35,888 nt of DNA from Lama guanicoe (taxonomy: Eukaryota), in the NCBI GenBank assembly GCA_013239625.1, contig MU053365.1, forward strand, positions 746,001 to 781,888. Reading direction: 5' to 3'. Shown here one piece after another: positions 10,481-22,588 of the stretch. Made by a program: the position numbers and the translations under genes. Each line of letters begins with the position of its first letter. The first letter of the stretch is position 1. The notes below the pieces were generated by a model. The model made no database searches. It saw nothing but the letters and a program-made list of their open reading frames with translations, and was not told the origin of the DNA.

Positions 10481-12344
10481 CACCATTGCTATGCAGAGAA
10501 GAAAATCTGAGGTCTCTAATGATATTCCAGAAGAACAAGGCACGGATTCCAAAAGCCACTCACAAAGACGGAATCACCAACTCTTACCAAATCTGCCTTG
10601 GTTAGGCAGCCCTGTTGGAAATCAGGCAGTGCCTCCTTGAGGATGCCACTTTGGATGGAGCCAAACTCAGGTTGGTTGGGTACCACCCGCCACTCTTGAC
10701 ACGGCCATTCAGTAATAGCCACTTTCTACTTTCTGGTCAACATTAGAAAGCCTATGAAAGGGAGGCACAGCCGTTTGTACCAAGTCTATTTCCTAATTAA
10801 ACACTCTGACCATTCCCACATTTTGAAAATTAATCACTGCCTATGTTGAGCGTCTACACAGAAACAATGATCTTAAGAATAAGCCCTCTGAAATCGTATC
10901 TTTTTAAAGTTACCCAAAAAGTGGGAAGGCCATTCCGTTTCGATCGAGCAAGACAGAGAATGCAAATATTTTCTAGAGGAAGCACTCTGCAGGCAGAGGA
11001 TAAACTTCCTCCACACAGGGTTAATAACGAAAATGCTGACACAACCTTAAGTATGGTGGCGCCCGGAACCAGTGCTATAATTAATCTAAATGTTCTGTAA
11101 TTACACTAAATGTTACTTCTGGAGAATAGTCCCAAATCATGCGGCTTTTTTATGCTTAGATAACATGCAGTTTATTTCCAATCATGGATGTAGGCATGAT
11201 TTGCTAAAGGAACATTAGGTCTGGAAGCAGTATCTTAATCAAATCAAAATTTCTTCTGTAAAACAAATCTTTGGCTTTTGAAGAATTAGCAGCATCTAAT
11301 GCCTTAGGGTAGAGACGTGAAACTGAGCTGAAATCCCCACCCCTGGGTCTCTCCCTCTGCCTCCTGGCTTCCACTCACTCACACGTATGTCCATGTGGTC
11401 CCTACACTTTCAATGCTCATAAACCACCACAGCTATGTCTAACTTATGCCCTGAAAACCCCGCATAGAAAACTCCGTTGTAGGAGAGTTCACCTTGTATG
11501 GTTTATTCATTTCTTCAGAACAGAAGCTGGTTCCTTTTAGAAGGAACTCATTTAAACAAAACGTAATAGCAAGCGTCCATAAATTAGAAGGTTATTGGTA
11601 TGTGCATAATTTGATGCATAAAAACTGAATGAATATTCCAGGGCTGAAAATGCAGGCTCTTACATATGCAGAAAGATTTTGTGGGGGTTTTTTTGTGATT
11701 TTAGTTTTGTATGGGAGGACTGACTGGGATGGGACACCTATAGTCACTGGCTACTGTCATCCTTCTGTTTGGTGGCTCTTTCTCCGCACTCGTCTCCCCC
11801 CTGTTGGGGACTTCAGCAGGCACTCGACACGCAGCTATGGAGCGAACATCACACGCCAGGCCTGGTTCAGGAGGCTGTGCATTCAGTGAAGCCAACAAAA
11901 ACCGAAGTCTGAGCAGCACTGCAAAAGGACTTAGTACAGGAGCAGGGTCAAAGACTGAGGTATGGCATGGTCCCTAATCTCACAGTCTGAAATCTGGACG
12001 GTAAAACATGGCAAATGCAAATTAAACCAAAGTGTCTTCCATTATCCCCACAAGCGAACAGTCTCTTCTGGTTTTATTTAAATATTTGAATAACCCCCAA
12101 TATTGGTCAACACTGAAGATGCTTTTCAAACTGTTGTCAGTGGGAGTGAGATCGTGGGGAGGTCCCCATTCTACCCCTCCAATCTTATCCCCTCTACTAT
12201 CCCCACCCCCACCCCTAGGCACCTGTAAATTTGACTTAAATGTCTCACTCTTTCCCAGCAGCACCGGGGCCTTTCCCATGTCTGCCTCTCCTAGTGAGAA
12301 AACGACTACTGTTCACTGAACCCCGATACCCATCCCCAGCTGTG

Positions 12345-12446
12345 GGAGGCTACAGACCGTGCCATGGTATCCCTAGCAACTCGCCCAGCACCCAGCATGT
12401 AGTAGGTGTTTTAAAGTCTTTGCTGAACAAACGAGTGAATGAATAA
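12345..12446 (+). mobile_element. LINE-2 3' terminus
   Basis: gtatccctagca...cccagcatgtagtaggtgttttaaagtctttgctgaacaaacgagtgaatgaataa. Confidence 0.7.
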
Positions 12447-12489
12447 GCCAATCATTGCAACAGGTTTTTAATAATCTTTCCTTGTCTGA

Positions 12490-12636
12490 GTTTTTGACAT
12501 CTCTGGTAGGTAGGTATCATTATCACTGCTTTACGGATGACGGAAAAGAGGCCTAGAGATGTGAGGCGACTGGCCAAGGTGACACAGCCTAGACTTGGTG
12601 GAGCCGGCCATCAGTCTGACTATTAATTCATGCTCT
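12490..12636 (-). mobile_element. MIR SINE
   Basis: ggtaggtatcattatcactgctttacggatgacggaaaagaggcctagagatgtgaggcgactggccaaggtgacacagc, antisense MIR core. Confidence 0.8.
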
Positions 12637-13065
12637 AGTCCTTCTCTATCCCTGTTCTTTCTGCCTCATCTTCCAGAAGCTGCCTGTAATCCAAGGGCTA
12701 TGTCATATTTCTCTGAAATGCTCCTTAAAAGCATCTTCTTCCACTGGGTTGTGAGCTGCTCCAGGACTGCGACAGTGTCCCTGTTTTTGTCTTGCCAGTA
12801 CTCTGTAGGTCCCCTGTGCTCAGCAAGCACTCAGGAGTATGAGTGGAAGGAAACTGAGGGGTGGGGATGGGGAGGAAATGAACAGACGACAAAGAATGGG
12901 TTGAGAGCACAGCTTAAAGCTCAGATCATGTCGCAGAAGGGAGCTGTCTGCCTCTGTCCGCAGGGACCCAAATTCAATGTCACTGGAAAATGGAAACCCA
13001 GGGAGGGCGTCCTGTACCAGCAGCCTCTATGGCTTCAGCCCCACCCGTTTCAGAGAAGGTCACAG

Positions 13066-13112
13066 TAAATTTTATGTTATGTGTATTTTACTACAATGTT
13101 TTTTTCAAAAAG
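13066..13112 (+). mobile_element. Old L1 (L1M) 3' tip
   Basis: gtaaattttatgttatgtgtattttactacaat resembles L1MB/MC 3' termini (recall); very short. Confidence 0.45.
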
Positions 13113-13370
13113 TTAGCATCCTAATTGAGATGTGTTCCAAGTATAAACTCTGTATCAACTTTCAAAGACTTGTTACCAAAAAAGTGTAAAATTTCTTATG
13201 ATAACTTCTATGTTAATTTTGTGTTGAAATAATAGTGTTTTAAATACATGGGGTTAAAATATAGTATTAAAATTCATTTCACCCATTTCTTTTTACTTTT
13301 TCTAATGTGGCTTCTAAAAAATCGTGAATGACACACATGGCTTGCGTTTGATTGCTATTGGGCAGAGCAA
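13113..13370 (-). mobile_element. hAT-Charlie non-autonomous DNA transposon, MER33-like, truncated
   Basis: aattgagatgtg, tttcaaagactt, tgttgaaat, attaaaattcatttcacc, tttctttttacttttt, aatgtggct and the terminus ctattgggcagagca are colinear with the recalled MER33 reverse complement. Confidence 0.8.
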
Positions 13371-13371
13371 G

Positions 13372-13479
13372 TCTGTATCTTGTTAGGATGGTCATCACCA
13401 GGGTGTACGCGATTTGTCAAAAACGGAACTCAGCACCTAAGATCTGTGCGTTTTACTGTGTTACACCTCAATTTAAAAC
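13372..13479 (+). mobile_element. Old L1 (L1MC/ME-type) 3' end
   Basis: tctgtatcttg...ggtgtacgcgatttgtcaaaac...cacctaagatctgtgcgttttactgtgttacacctcaatttaaaa. Confidence 0.65.
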
Positions 13480-14329
13480 TCGCACATGTGCACACACGTG
13501 CACGTGAGAGAGGGAGAAGGCTACAGGGGAGTCTTCTCTTTTCATCCTCAAAGACCATTCTGACATAAAGGGGAAAAGCACTCTGTCCATTTTTAAAATC
13601 CTACTAGATGACAGGTCTTAGGTACAATGTCCTGCCTGACCTCTGGGACCAAACTCTTGCAGGGGGAACCCTCTCATTTCCTGTTTCGCTTCACCTCCCA
13701 CAAAGCAACAAATACTCAGAATGGAGCCGGGACCCTACCCGACTTAGTCGACACTACAGAGGCCCTAAGTAAGGGAGTGTCCCGACTTCCATACGTAGAG
13801 GTAAACAGGCTTTGAACAAAACATATTAGAGAAACTTTGAAAACTATAAAGTCTTCCATTCTCCCAGATTTGACATTTTCATTCATGCAAAAGCATCTGT
13901 GCATGAAGCCCAGACTCGTTTTGTCATATTAAACTCGGTCCCTCCACTCAAAAGCAAGACAGCCAAGTGATCTGACCCCCGAGCATCACAAGCCAGCCAG
14001 GAACAGCGCCCAGAACACACTGAGAACCACACGTGACTAGAGGCCCCACTTCTGTTCTGCTTGTCTGGCAAAGGCGATCTGGCCAATGTTCCCTCATGTC
14101 TGACTCCAGGTGAAGGGGAACTGGCCAGGAGCCTGCTCCAGTCAGGAGCATGGGCTCCCGATTTCGTCTGGCCAGGGAAGACCCTGCCTCCAAAAGGGCC
14201 GGCCAGTTACAGCTGGCCAGACACTCGGCGCTGGCGCGCATCGGGCAAGGCCATAGACTTGGGGTCTTCACACTACAAGTCAACTCTACCTTCCCCCTCA
14301 TGCTCTATGAGCCAGAGGACATGGGGCTG

Positions 14330-14397
14330 TGTCAGGGGTTCCCGAGACCAGCCTCAGGTACAATGACTCATTCACTAGATAGACTGACAGAACTCAC
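14330..14397 (-). mobile_element. Short LTR terminus fragment, MER21-like
   Basis: tgtcaggggttcccgagaccagcctcaggt...attcactagatagactgacagaactca resembles a recalled MER21-family LTR end; strand and family tentative. Confidence 0.45.
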
Positions 14398-14409
14398 TTA
14401 TTATGTCAT

Positions 14410-14600
14410 GTATAAAAGTATGTGTGAAAGTAACACGTGGTCATTGTGAAACAAAACTGGAAATTGCGAAGAAGTCCAAAGAAAACTTACTGCCCACTAT
14501 ATGGATGTACCAAATTTGATGCAGTTCTCTTATTGTTGAAACTTTGGACTGGTTCCCATTTTCGGACTGCTTTATGACTCAACCTGTATAAACAAATCTA
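14410..14600 (-). mobile_element. Very old L1 (L1ME-like) fragments
   Basis: tatatggatgtaccaaatttga...ttattgttgaaactttggactggttcccattttc resembles a degraded antisense L1ME 3' region. Confidence 0.4.
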
Positions 14601-15509
14601 TGGAAATCAATTTCCTCCCTCTGCAAGGAGACTTGGGCATTTAAATAATTGTCTTTGACAAATGTACACCCCAAAGGTCCTGATTCCCGATATAACTGCT
14701 TTTTCACAAAATCCACATGAAATTTCCTGAGTTACTATTCCATTTGTTCTCAGTCTGTAACATTTTACCAACCCTGACAAACTTCACTGGGCTAAATCTG
14801 AATCCTGTCAACTCTCATTCTAACAGAAATCCAGTCTTGAAGATAGGAAGCAATCCATTGGGGGCTAAACAATGGCAAATCAGTATTTTCAAGCTAAAGG
14901 ACAATTTGGGAACCACCAAATTATATAGGAGAGGGGAAATCTTTCTCCAGTCCTCAGAGGAAGTTATTTGAAAATGCTTATTAAACTATTAAGCATATCA
15001 TTTTCAATAACCAAGGCGGAAATGCAGTAGCCTCCATTTCTGATGCTAAGATCACAAACATTGAGTTCTAGAAACAGCAACTGGGGGAAAGAAGAGCAAA
15101 GAGTGGTCAAACCAGATTTTGCAGAAACTCATCACAAGTCCAACAAAACCTCCATTGTCTTACAGGTTTCTTCATCCACTCATGAAGTCTGATTGTCATC
15201 ATCCAGGTTTAGATACAAAATGCTCACTAATCCTCTATAAAGCTCACTTTGGCATATCCAGGCCTGGGATCCACAACAGACAGAGGATTACGATGTACTC
15301 AGGGATCAGAAAGCCCCAGAGACTCTCACAGGCCTGGAGAGATGAGCCCATGAAGAAAGGAAAATGAACTGTGATTTTTCAAATACAGAGGGGCTGGTGA
15401 ACAGTTAAGGAAAATCACGCTGCAAACGGACTAAGAAAAAACTGATTTTATCTGCAAGGTGAGGACATCGCCTTAGCTATACTGGAAAAAGCCCATTCCT
15501 TCATCGAGG

Positions 15510-15671
15510 CATCCATTCCACAAATATGTGCTCGAAACTCACTTGCTAGCCAAGTCAGTGTGTTGCCAATAAAGGCTCATTCATTTATTTGATGAATATT
15601 TGTTGAGCCTTGGCTATTTCCAGCTAAGGAAGGAAATACAGAAATAATTGACACAGCCTCACCCTGAAGGT
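15510..15671 (-). mobile_element. LINE-2 3' end fragments
   Basis: catccattccacaaatatgtgctc and cattcatttatttgatgaatatttgttgagc...gacacagcctcaccctgaagg. Confidence 0.5.
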
Positions 15672-16055
15672 TGTGCAAACTATTTCTCAGGACACCTTCG
15701 GAAGCCAAGTCCACCTCCGTTCGCCTAGAACGCTACTCCCTGTCGTGTGAGGACAGACCAGAAAACTGCTACAAGTTCCTTTCAGCTCTATGATCCTTAC
15801 TTTTTAATAAAGTAAAACCAAAACCATCATAATAGCCAAATATTTTGTCCAAATCAGTTTTTTATGACAGATTATATTTGAAGTGTTTAAAAAATGGTAA
15901 AAGATCTACCTAGCCAGTGTATATGGAGGCACATATATGTAAAAAAGATGACATCTTTATTCTTCTCTTGAGTCCATGAGCTATTTGGTCAGAATCCACT
16001 CCATTAAAGGTTTCTCCACCTTACAGCGATGTCGACACTAGAAGACTAGAACATG

Positions 16056-16339
16056 TTTTATTTTTTTTTAACTTTTTTAAATTGAAGTCTAGTCCATTTA
16101 CAATGTTGTGTCAATTTCTGGTGTACAGCATAATGTTTCAGTCATACATGTACATACACATATTCCTTTTCATATTCTTTTTCATTATAGGTTACTATAA
16201 GATATTGAATGTAGCTCCCTGTGCTAGACAGTAGATACTTGTTGTTTATCTATTTTATAGGTAGTAGTGTGTATCTGCAAATATCGAACTCCCAATTTAT
16301 CCCTTCCCACTCCCTTGCCCTGCTGGTAGCCTTAAGTTT
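16056..16339 (-). mobile_element. LINE-1 3' UTR fragment (older camelid/artiodactyl subfamily)
   Basis: T-rich tail then tttacaatgttgtgtcaatttctggtgtacagcat...ccctgtgct...ttgtttatctatttta; homologous to the other L1 3' ends in this window. Degenerate TSD gaagactagaacat / gaaggctagaatacat. Confidence 0.9.
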
Positions 16340-17699
16340 AGGAAGGCTAGAATACATCTGAAAGCAAATGGGAAATGACTGTCTTATTCGGCTGCATCTT
16401 TAGACATGGATGAACACTGCAGTTACAGACAGGTCCAAAATGCACACCATGGGAGCTCTGTGTGTGGCAAATCACTGGGAAGTAGCAACTGGAAATCAAA
16501 CATTTTCTCCAATATCTCCACCACAGATTGTCTGCTGGTGAAACCCACTGGGCATAGGGCACAGTCTGATGGCCGTGGGTGGTGAGAGCAGGAGCTGACC
16601 TCGACCCTACCATCAGGAGTGTCCAAAAGCACGTCATGGGGACAGCACAGAGCTTGCAGAGGTATTTCAGGCAACCACCACCGACCTGCAGTGGGGAGAA
16701 GGCTGAGTCAAACTGGCCACACAGCATGGCCACGTCCTGCTTAGTTAGCACGTGACCTCTGTCGAACCGTGAGTAAGTGTCCAGTGATGAGAACTTGGCA
16801 GTGAGAGCAGCAGAGGAGACAGATGGAGGATGAAGAGGAAATGGGACTCTTGTCTGGGTATTCACCTGCCCAAACGGGTAGGACAAAAGAGAAGGCGATC
16901 CCCTCCAGCTAAAATCTGTCTCCCACGAAGGGCTTTTTCCTTGTTTGAATTTGATTAAACCTGTACACTTGGCAAGTCAACACTTCTCTCTTGAGAGCTT
17001 CCTACTTAATAGAGAAGCCTGAGGACCAGACCAAAAATCACAGAAACTCAATTTCTTGGGTCACTGCTTAATCCTCCCACATCCCTATTAGAAGCATGTG
17101 GGAGGCTCAACTCCTGAAAAACACACATAGGCCTTCCTGAAAGGCGAGAATAAAAGAACCCCTTCCTTGGAGAAACTGTGAGGCTGAAATGGGAGAAGGT
17201 ACAGAAGGGGCCCACCACGGTCATCGGCCCGCTGCAGGGGCTCTGGTCCCCTCCACAGCTCCGGGTCTCTCCGGCCTCTGGAGCAGGCAGGTCACTGGTG
17301 GGCAGAGACACATGCCTTTCTACTCCCACGGTGGCCAGCCACAGTATCTCTCCAAGTGCCAGGGCCAGACCACCTGCAGCACAGTCACCCTGGGCCCTCA
17401 GCAGGTGTGCAGATTCCCGGACCACACCCTGGAACTACAGAATCTAAAATTTTCCCCAGGGTCCCAGGGGCGATCCTTCAGCCCACCAGGGCTGGAGACC
17501 CATTTGATTGGGATGGATCCCAAACATACACACTGTTCCCTATTCCAGATCACTTACCCTATGAGACCTATGTGACATATAAGAGCATCTTCAAACTACT
17601 ATATTCAAATGAAAAGATCCACTGAGCAGAAATGGCTCATTCCAAAACCGCAAGGATACTCCAAATGCCTGTTCTTAGAAGTATACTGGTGGCTAAAAC

Positions 17700-18348
17700 C
17701 ATTGCCTTCCCTTTTCCAACTGGACTCCTAACTGGAGTTCCTGGCTCCAATCCTTCCAACGCAGGACACCAATGAAATCGTCCTAGAGCAGAGCTCTCAT
17801 GTCACCCCCTGCTCACTTGCAGTGGCTCCCTGTGTCTGCAGAACAGACGTCCCATTCCCTGCCCCAACAGCCGAAGTGGCTGGTGGTGTGGCCACAACGC
17901 AGTGTGATCCCCTCACTTCCTGCTCCTGCCCACCTCGCATCCAGCCAAGTCCCTCTTATTCTCAGTCAGCCCTTGGCTTCCTGCTACAGTCCCTGTCATG
18001 CAACCAGCCAGACGAATATGCAGACAGTTCCCTGGACAATTTTTGTTTTGCCTTTCCCCCCATAGCCTCCACTTAGACTGTCATTTTTCATCACCTCATG
18101 GACAAAGCCAATCGCAAGGCCACGCTTTACCCCTCACCATGGGAAGGGAGCAGCCCTTCCTTCGAATTCCAAGCAGGCTTTCTGTAGCCCCCCCCTCACA
18201 GCTCTGAACTCTGGCTACTTTTTATGGCATTTGTGGGCATGTGTTACCTTCCCCATGAGACTGTAAATTCCTCGAGGGCAAAGTCAGCGTCTCAGTCACG
18301 GGTTTATTTTTCACAGCACTTTGCACTTAATAGCTGCTCAATAAATAC
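17700..18348 (+). mobile_element. LINE-2 fragment including 3' end
   Basis: ctcctaactgg, catgtcaccccctgctca, cagtggctccc...agactgtaaattcctcgagggca...aatagctgctcaataaatac. Confidence 0.75.
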
Positions 18349-20379
18349 CCCTCTGGCAATGCCCAATCAGTGCCAAAGCCTTAATATCTTCTTGCACGTG
18401 ACCACAGCAAACAAACCAATGTCATACATCTAAACAATGCTCCCACCAGGACTCTGCACATGCTTGGCCTGCAGAGAAGGAAAACTTCAAGGCACAAATC
18501 CTCAGGATTTGTCGATGATCTGATTAGAACGATCTCATCCAAGGGATTCTCTCCCTCAGAGACAAAAAGGAAAACCATTTATGTTTCGGATACTACCGAA
18601 GCAGTCAAACACAGATGAAATGTCAGAGAAACAACAGTGTGGGAACACAGCATGATACAATAGACACTGGGTCTCAAATTCAGTTCTTGCATGATTTTCT
18701 GCCTGTCCATTCCTCTGCTACATGGGGAGCAATGCAGAACACATATGGCAGCCCCCAAAAAGCTGGAGATGCCATTGTAGAGTGTTAGCTTCTATCAAGA
18801 AAAAGCAAAAAGAAAGATTGCTCCTAAGTTGCTTGTCATTGTCACAGTTGGTAATGTGTGCCTGCACACAGCCATCCTTCCCGTCTCCGCTATACAAAGG
18901 AATAGGGCACGAGATCAGCTGATGTCTTTAGCAAATCAGAGAGAAAGGTCATCTGCCCGGGCCATCTCGGAAGGCAGGTGCCAACTGTGTCCCCAAAGCC
19001 ACTGCTGTAAGTTGGGTAGGCTGGCTCTTCTAAGTGGTTCTGTCTCTCTTTAGGTAAAAACCATAGAGCCAACACACACTTGGACATCTGTAGGGGAGAA
19101 AAAGGTTTAGCAAGATTTACAAGCTATATTCAAATCAAAGGTTGCTGCATCTGACACCATTTGGGACTATTAATGGTACTTGATAATACTGACGTCACTT
19201 CTACGTACAGCAATATAATTAGCAGTGCTATTACTACTATCTTGCCTGTGTCACTAACTCCGTCTCTATAAACATAATTTACTAGATGGGAAAAGCATCA
19301 AATTTTTTTGAATAAATCTATCCCATGGCATCAGGCCAAGGGATAAAAGATTACATTCTATTAACAAACATTAATAATACCTACAAATGAAAAGTTTCAT
19401 GGTGTTCATCAACATACCAGTCACACAGTATGTCCCTAACTCTGGAGGTGAGGAGTCCCACCATTTTTGTTTGCATCTTGGCTGTAAAAATGTCAGGAAT
19501 TCTGGTTCAACATGACATGGATAGAGGCCACGCCACACGCTTAGCCCTGAGACAGCGGGGCAGTATTCCAGACCCCAAGCAAAAGCCTGGATACCCAACA
19601 ACTACGTCATCAGCTTGAAGTCTTATCGCTGTGTCCACAAGCCAGGTGATAGGAGGAGAAACTCTGTTCAATGACAGATTCCAAAGCAAATGTAAAGCCT
19701 GTTGAGAACAGAGTTTGCAGGTTAGACTCTTACTGGCAAATGTATGTGGCTAGAGTGATCAGCCTCTGGGCCACTTTTACTGGTGGTCTTATGAGAAACA
19801 CACACACCCATCACTATCTACAAGCTATAAAGGCCCAAGGAAACTTAAGTTTACTGAACTGAGGGTTAGGTTCTTCTAAGTGCACTTTCTGGTTAAGTGA
19901 AAGGTTTGTGGAAAATTTTTCGTTCTCTTATCGCTAAAATTCCTTTGAAAATGTGTCCTATCCCTTCAACTGTCCTGCCTTCACAAGCACAGTGACGTGG
20001 AACTTCCCATCCTGTACATGCGGGTGGGGAGCAGAACGGAGCAAACCCAGCCTGTTCCGTGACATAGCTGACAAGCCTAGTCCAGTTCGACCTATAGCAA
20101 GTATGTAACTATGTATTGTGTCCATCCCGGGAGTAGGGAGAGACTCCCTGAAGTAGAAACTGTCTCCTCAGCTCTCGAATGTAAATAAAAGCCAAGAGTA
20201 GAAAAATGCTGATCTAGATTCCTGGTTGGTCGGTACCCAATGAACTGAATTAGTATTACACTGGTAGAACAGACTAGGGAGAAGACGATTTCATAAGGTA
20301 TCAGAACCTTAATACAAGCTTGCCGTCAAAGACCAAGCCAGAGGCCCCAGTTTTATGGCAGGGGCCTCTGGTGTCCACT

Positions 20380-20545
20380 CGCAGAGCACCCTGTACTTGC
20401 CCTACCACTGTCCTTACTGCAGTGACTTGTCACTCATCACCTGCCCGACTGCCTATCTGCTCCCTACCGGCCAACACAGTGCCTGTCACATGGCGGACAC
20501 CCTTCATCCATTCATTCGCCCATCCATTCATCCAACCATTCATCT
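20380..20545 (+). mobile_element. LINE-2 3' fragment followed by a (CATY)n-like repeat
   Basis: agcaccctgtacttgcc...aacacagtgcctgtcacatggcggacac, then catccattcattcgcccatccattcatcc. Confidence 0.5.
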
Positions 20546-20567
20546 GACTGTCTGCCAATGCTTAGGG

Positions 20568-20743
20568 CAGTCATCTTCCAAGTGGGATCCACAAAAGGCA
20601 GCCCTGGCTTCTCAGAGAGCTTGTTGTAAGTGCCTATTCCTGGCACCCCCCAAAACCTAATAAGAATCTGCGGGGCTGGCCATCCATGGTTTAGCGAGCC
20701 CTCTAAGTGATTCTGATGTGGAGCAAAAGATTGAAAGTCAGTG
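20568..20743. mobile_element. MER5A-like hAT-Charlie MITE
   Basis: cagtcatcttccaagtgggatcc...gagagcttgtt...aagaatctg...ccctctaagtgattctgatg...aagattgaaagtcagtg. Confidence 0.7.
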
Positions 20744-20746
20744 ACT

Positions 20747-20886
20747 CGGGGATAACTGAGTCAGATAACTGATCATCCAAATCTGCACACTTCTCAGGGG
20801 TAAAAGAGACACGGCTGACAATTACAGAAGGAAAACAGGTACAAACTGGGACTATCCCAGGCCAACCAGGACGCATGGTCACCATA
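20747..20886. mobile_element. MER94-like hAT-Blackjack MITE
   Basis: atcatccaaatctgcacacttc...acaggtacaaactgggactatcccaggccaaccaggacgcatggtcaccata is colinear with the recalled MER94 consensus and its GGTCACCCTA-type terminus. Confidence 0.75.
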
Positions 20887-21072
20887 CCTACGCTGCCTCA
20901 TCATGGGGTAACCACTTAAAAGGGATACAAGGTGAACCCATCTTATTTTAAATTCCACTCTACAGTGGCTCAGGCTACTGAAGTCCTGTGCATTTGACAA
21001 AGACTTTTAAACACAGTAGGCCAACACCCCCAAATTCCTCCTGTACCCAACTGTGAAGTACAGTCAAGACTG

Positions 21073-21615
21073 TACTATTCACAATAGCCATGACATGGAA
21101 GCAACCTAAATGTCCATCGAAAGATGACTGGATAAAGATGATGTGGTATAAATATACAATGAACACTTCTCAGCCAGAAAAAAAAGAATGAAATAATGCC
21201 ATTTGCAGCAACATGGATGGATCTAGAGATTATCATATTAAGGGAACTACGTCAGAAGGAGAAAGACAAATATTATATGATATCACTTGTGTGTGGAATC
21301 AAAAAAAATGACACAAATGAACTAATTTACAAAACACAAAGAGCTCACAGACAGAGAAGACAAACTTATGGTTACCAAAGGGAAAAGAGGAGAGGAATAA
21401 ATTAGGAGTTTGGAATCTGCAGATACACACTACTATAAATAAATCAGATAAACAACAAGGTCACACTGTACAGCACAGGGAACTGTATTTACTGTCTTGT
21501 AATAGCCTATACTGAAAAAGAATATGAAAAAAGAATATATGTGCATATCACCGAATCACCATGCTGTGCACCAGAAACTAACCCAGCACTGTCAATCAGT
21601 AACACTTACATGTAA
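21073..21615 (+). mobile_element. LINE-1 fragment: ORF2 C-terminus and 3' UTR
   Basis: ORF 21196-21405 begins MPFAATWMDLEIIILRELRQKEKDKYYMISLVCGI (L1 ORF2 end); upstream tggaagcaacctaaatgtccatc; the 3' UTR matches the other L1 copies here. Confidence 0.93.
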
Positions 21616-21704
21616 AGAGACTATATTATTAAAAAGATAAACAAAAAGCATAGCAGGCAGAGAGAATGCACGTTGGTATTTTCCACAGTGCTTCTCTGAG
21701 TGGC

Positions 21705-21840
21705 ACAGTATCATGGAGGGGCGTGAACTGTGAGTCCAAAGGGACGAGCCCCAGGGTCACAGCGCGATCTCGGGCAGGAGATTCCCCTCTCCAGCCTGCT
21801 TCTCGGTCTGAAATGAAAGGGATGCAATTACTAAAGCTGG
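21705..21840 (+). mobile_element. MIR-type SINE fragment
   Basis: gcgatctcgggcaggagattcccctctccagcctgcttctcggtctgaaatgaaaggga, degenerate MIR core. Confidence 0.5.
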
Positions 21841-22558
21841 AACAATCTGAGCAACAAAACAAATAACAACGGTATTAGACGACAGTCATTGAATGAAATA
21901 AATATCCACGAGTTCCTCCCAATATAAATTAAAATAATGGCACAGATCAAGGGGGAGAAAAGATTACCCTTCTTAACAAAAGAAGTCCAATTAATAAAGA
22001 CAGAAGTAAGGAGGGAAATCGAAAATCTTCATTAGAGCGCCACAGCAATATTTTCTGCAGGTAATACGCACCCATGGATGCTAAAATTAGTGGGTGCAAC
22101 TTTAAGGAGCAATGGAATACCTGCATGGTGTCAAAGCATCCCCTCCCCAGTTTACTCTTGCCTGTGGAGAATGTCACATGGGGCCAGAAGTTCCACCAGC
22201 GGCCGGCCTGACCAGCCGGATGAGCTGAGCTCAGCGGATGCACAGTCTCACAGCTTTCCCACTACAGGCTTCGTGAGAAGATGCCTCTGTAGAAACTCAG
22301 AAGCCTGAGAGCACGGCAGTTGACAAAACCTCAAAATACGAAAGAAGAAGACAGCAGCTTGTGCGCATGGAGCTGTGCCGTAGCACGCACACGTTCAGCC
22401 CGGCGGCAGTGAACGCGTCGGGACCCCTGAGCGTTACAGTGCTGCTCTGCCGCAGCCCCAGGCCCCAGGGCAGAGACAAACCGAGATGCACGCGTGCACA
22501 CTCACACACGTGTGCACACACACAGGCAGCCATCGTGAGGTTCTCAGCAGGTCCTAGT

Positions 22559-22588
22559 GGAAGGGAAAAAAGAGAGAGAGAGAGAGGA
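22559..22588. repeat. Purine tract with (GA)n
   Basis: ggaagggaaaaaagagagagagagagagga. Confidence 0.7.

Noticed and set aside
12595..13068. 157-aa plus-strand ORF
   Set aside because: Starts at a non-ATG codon inside a MIR and has no recognisable protein features.
16347..16886. 179-aa minus-strand ORF
   Set aside because: Non-ATG start, no recognisable domain and no exon structure; consistent with a chance ORF.
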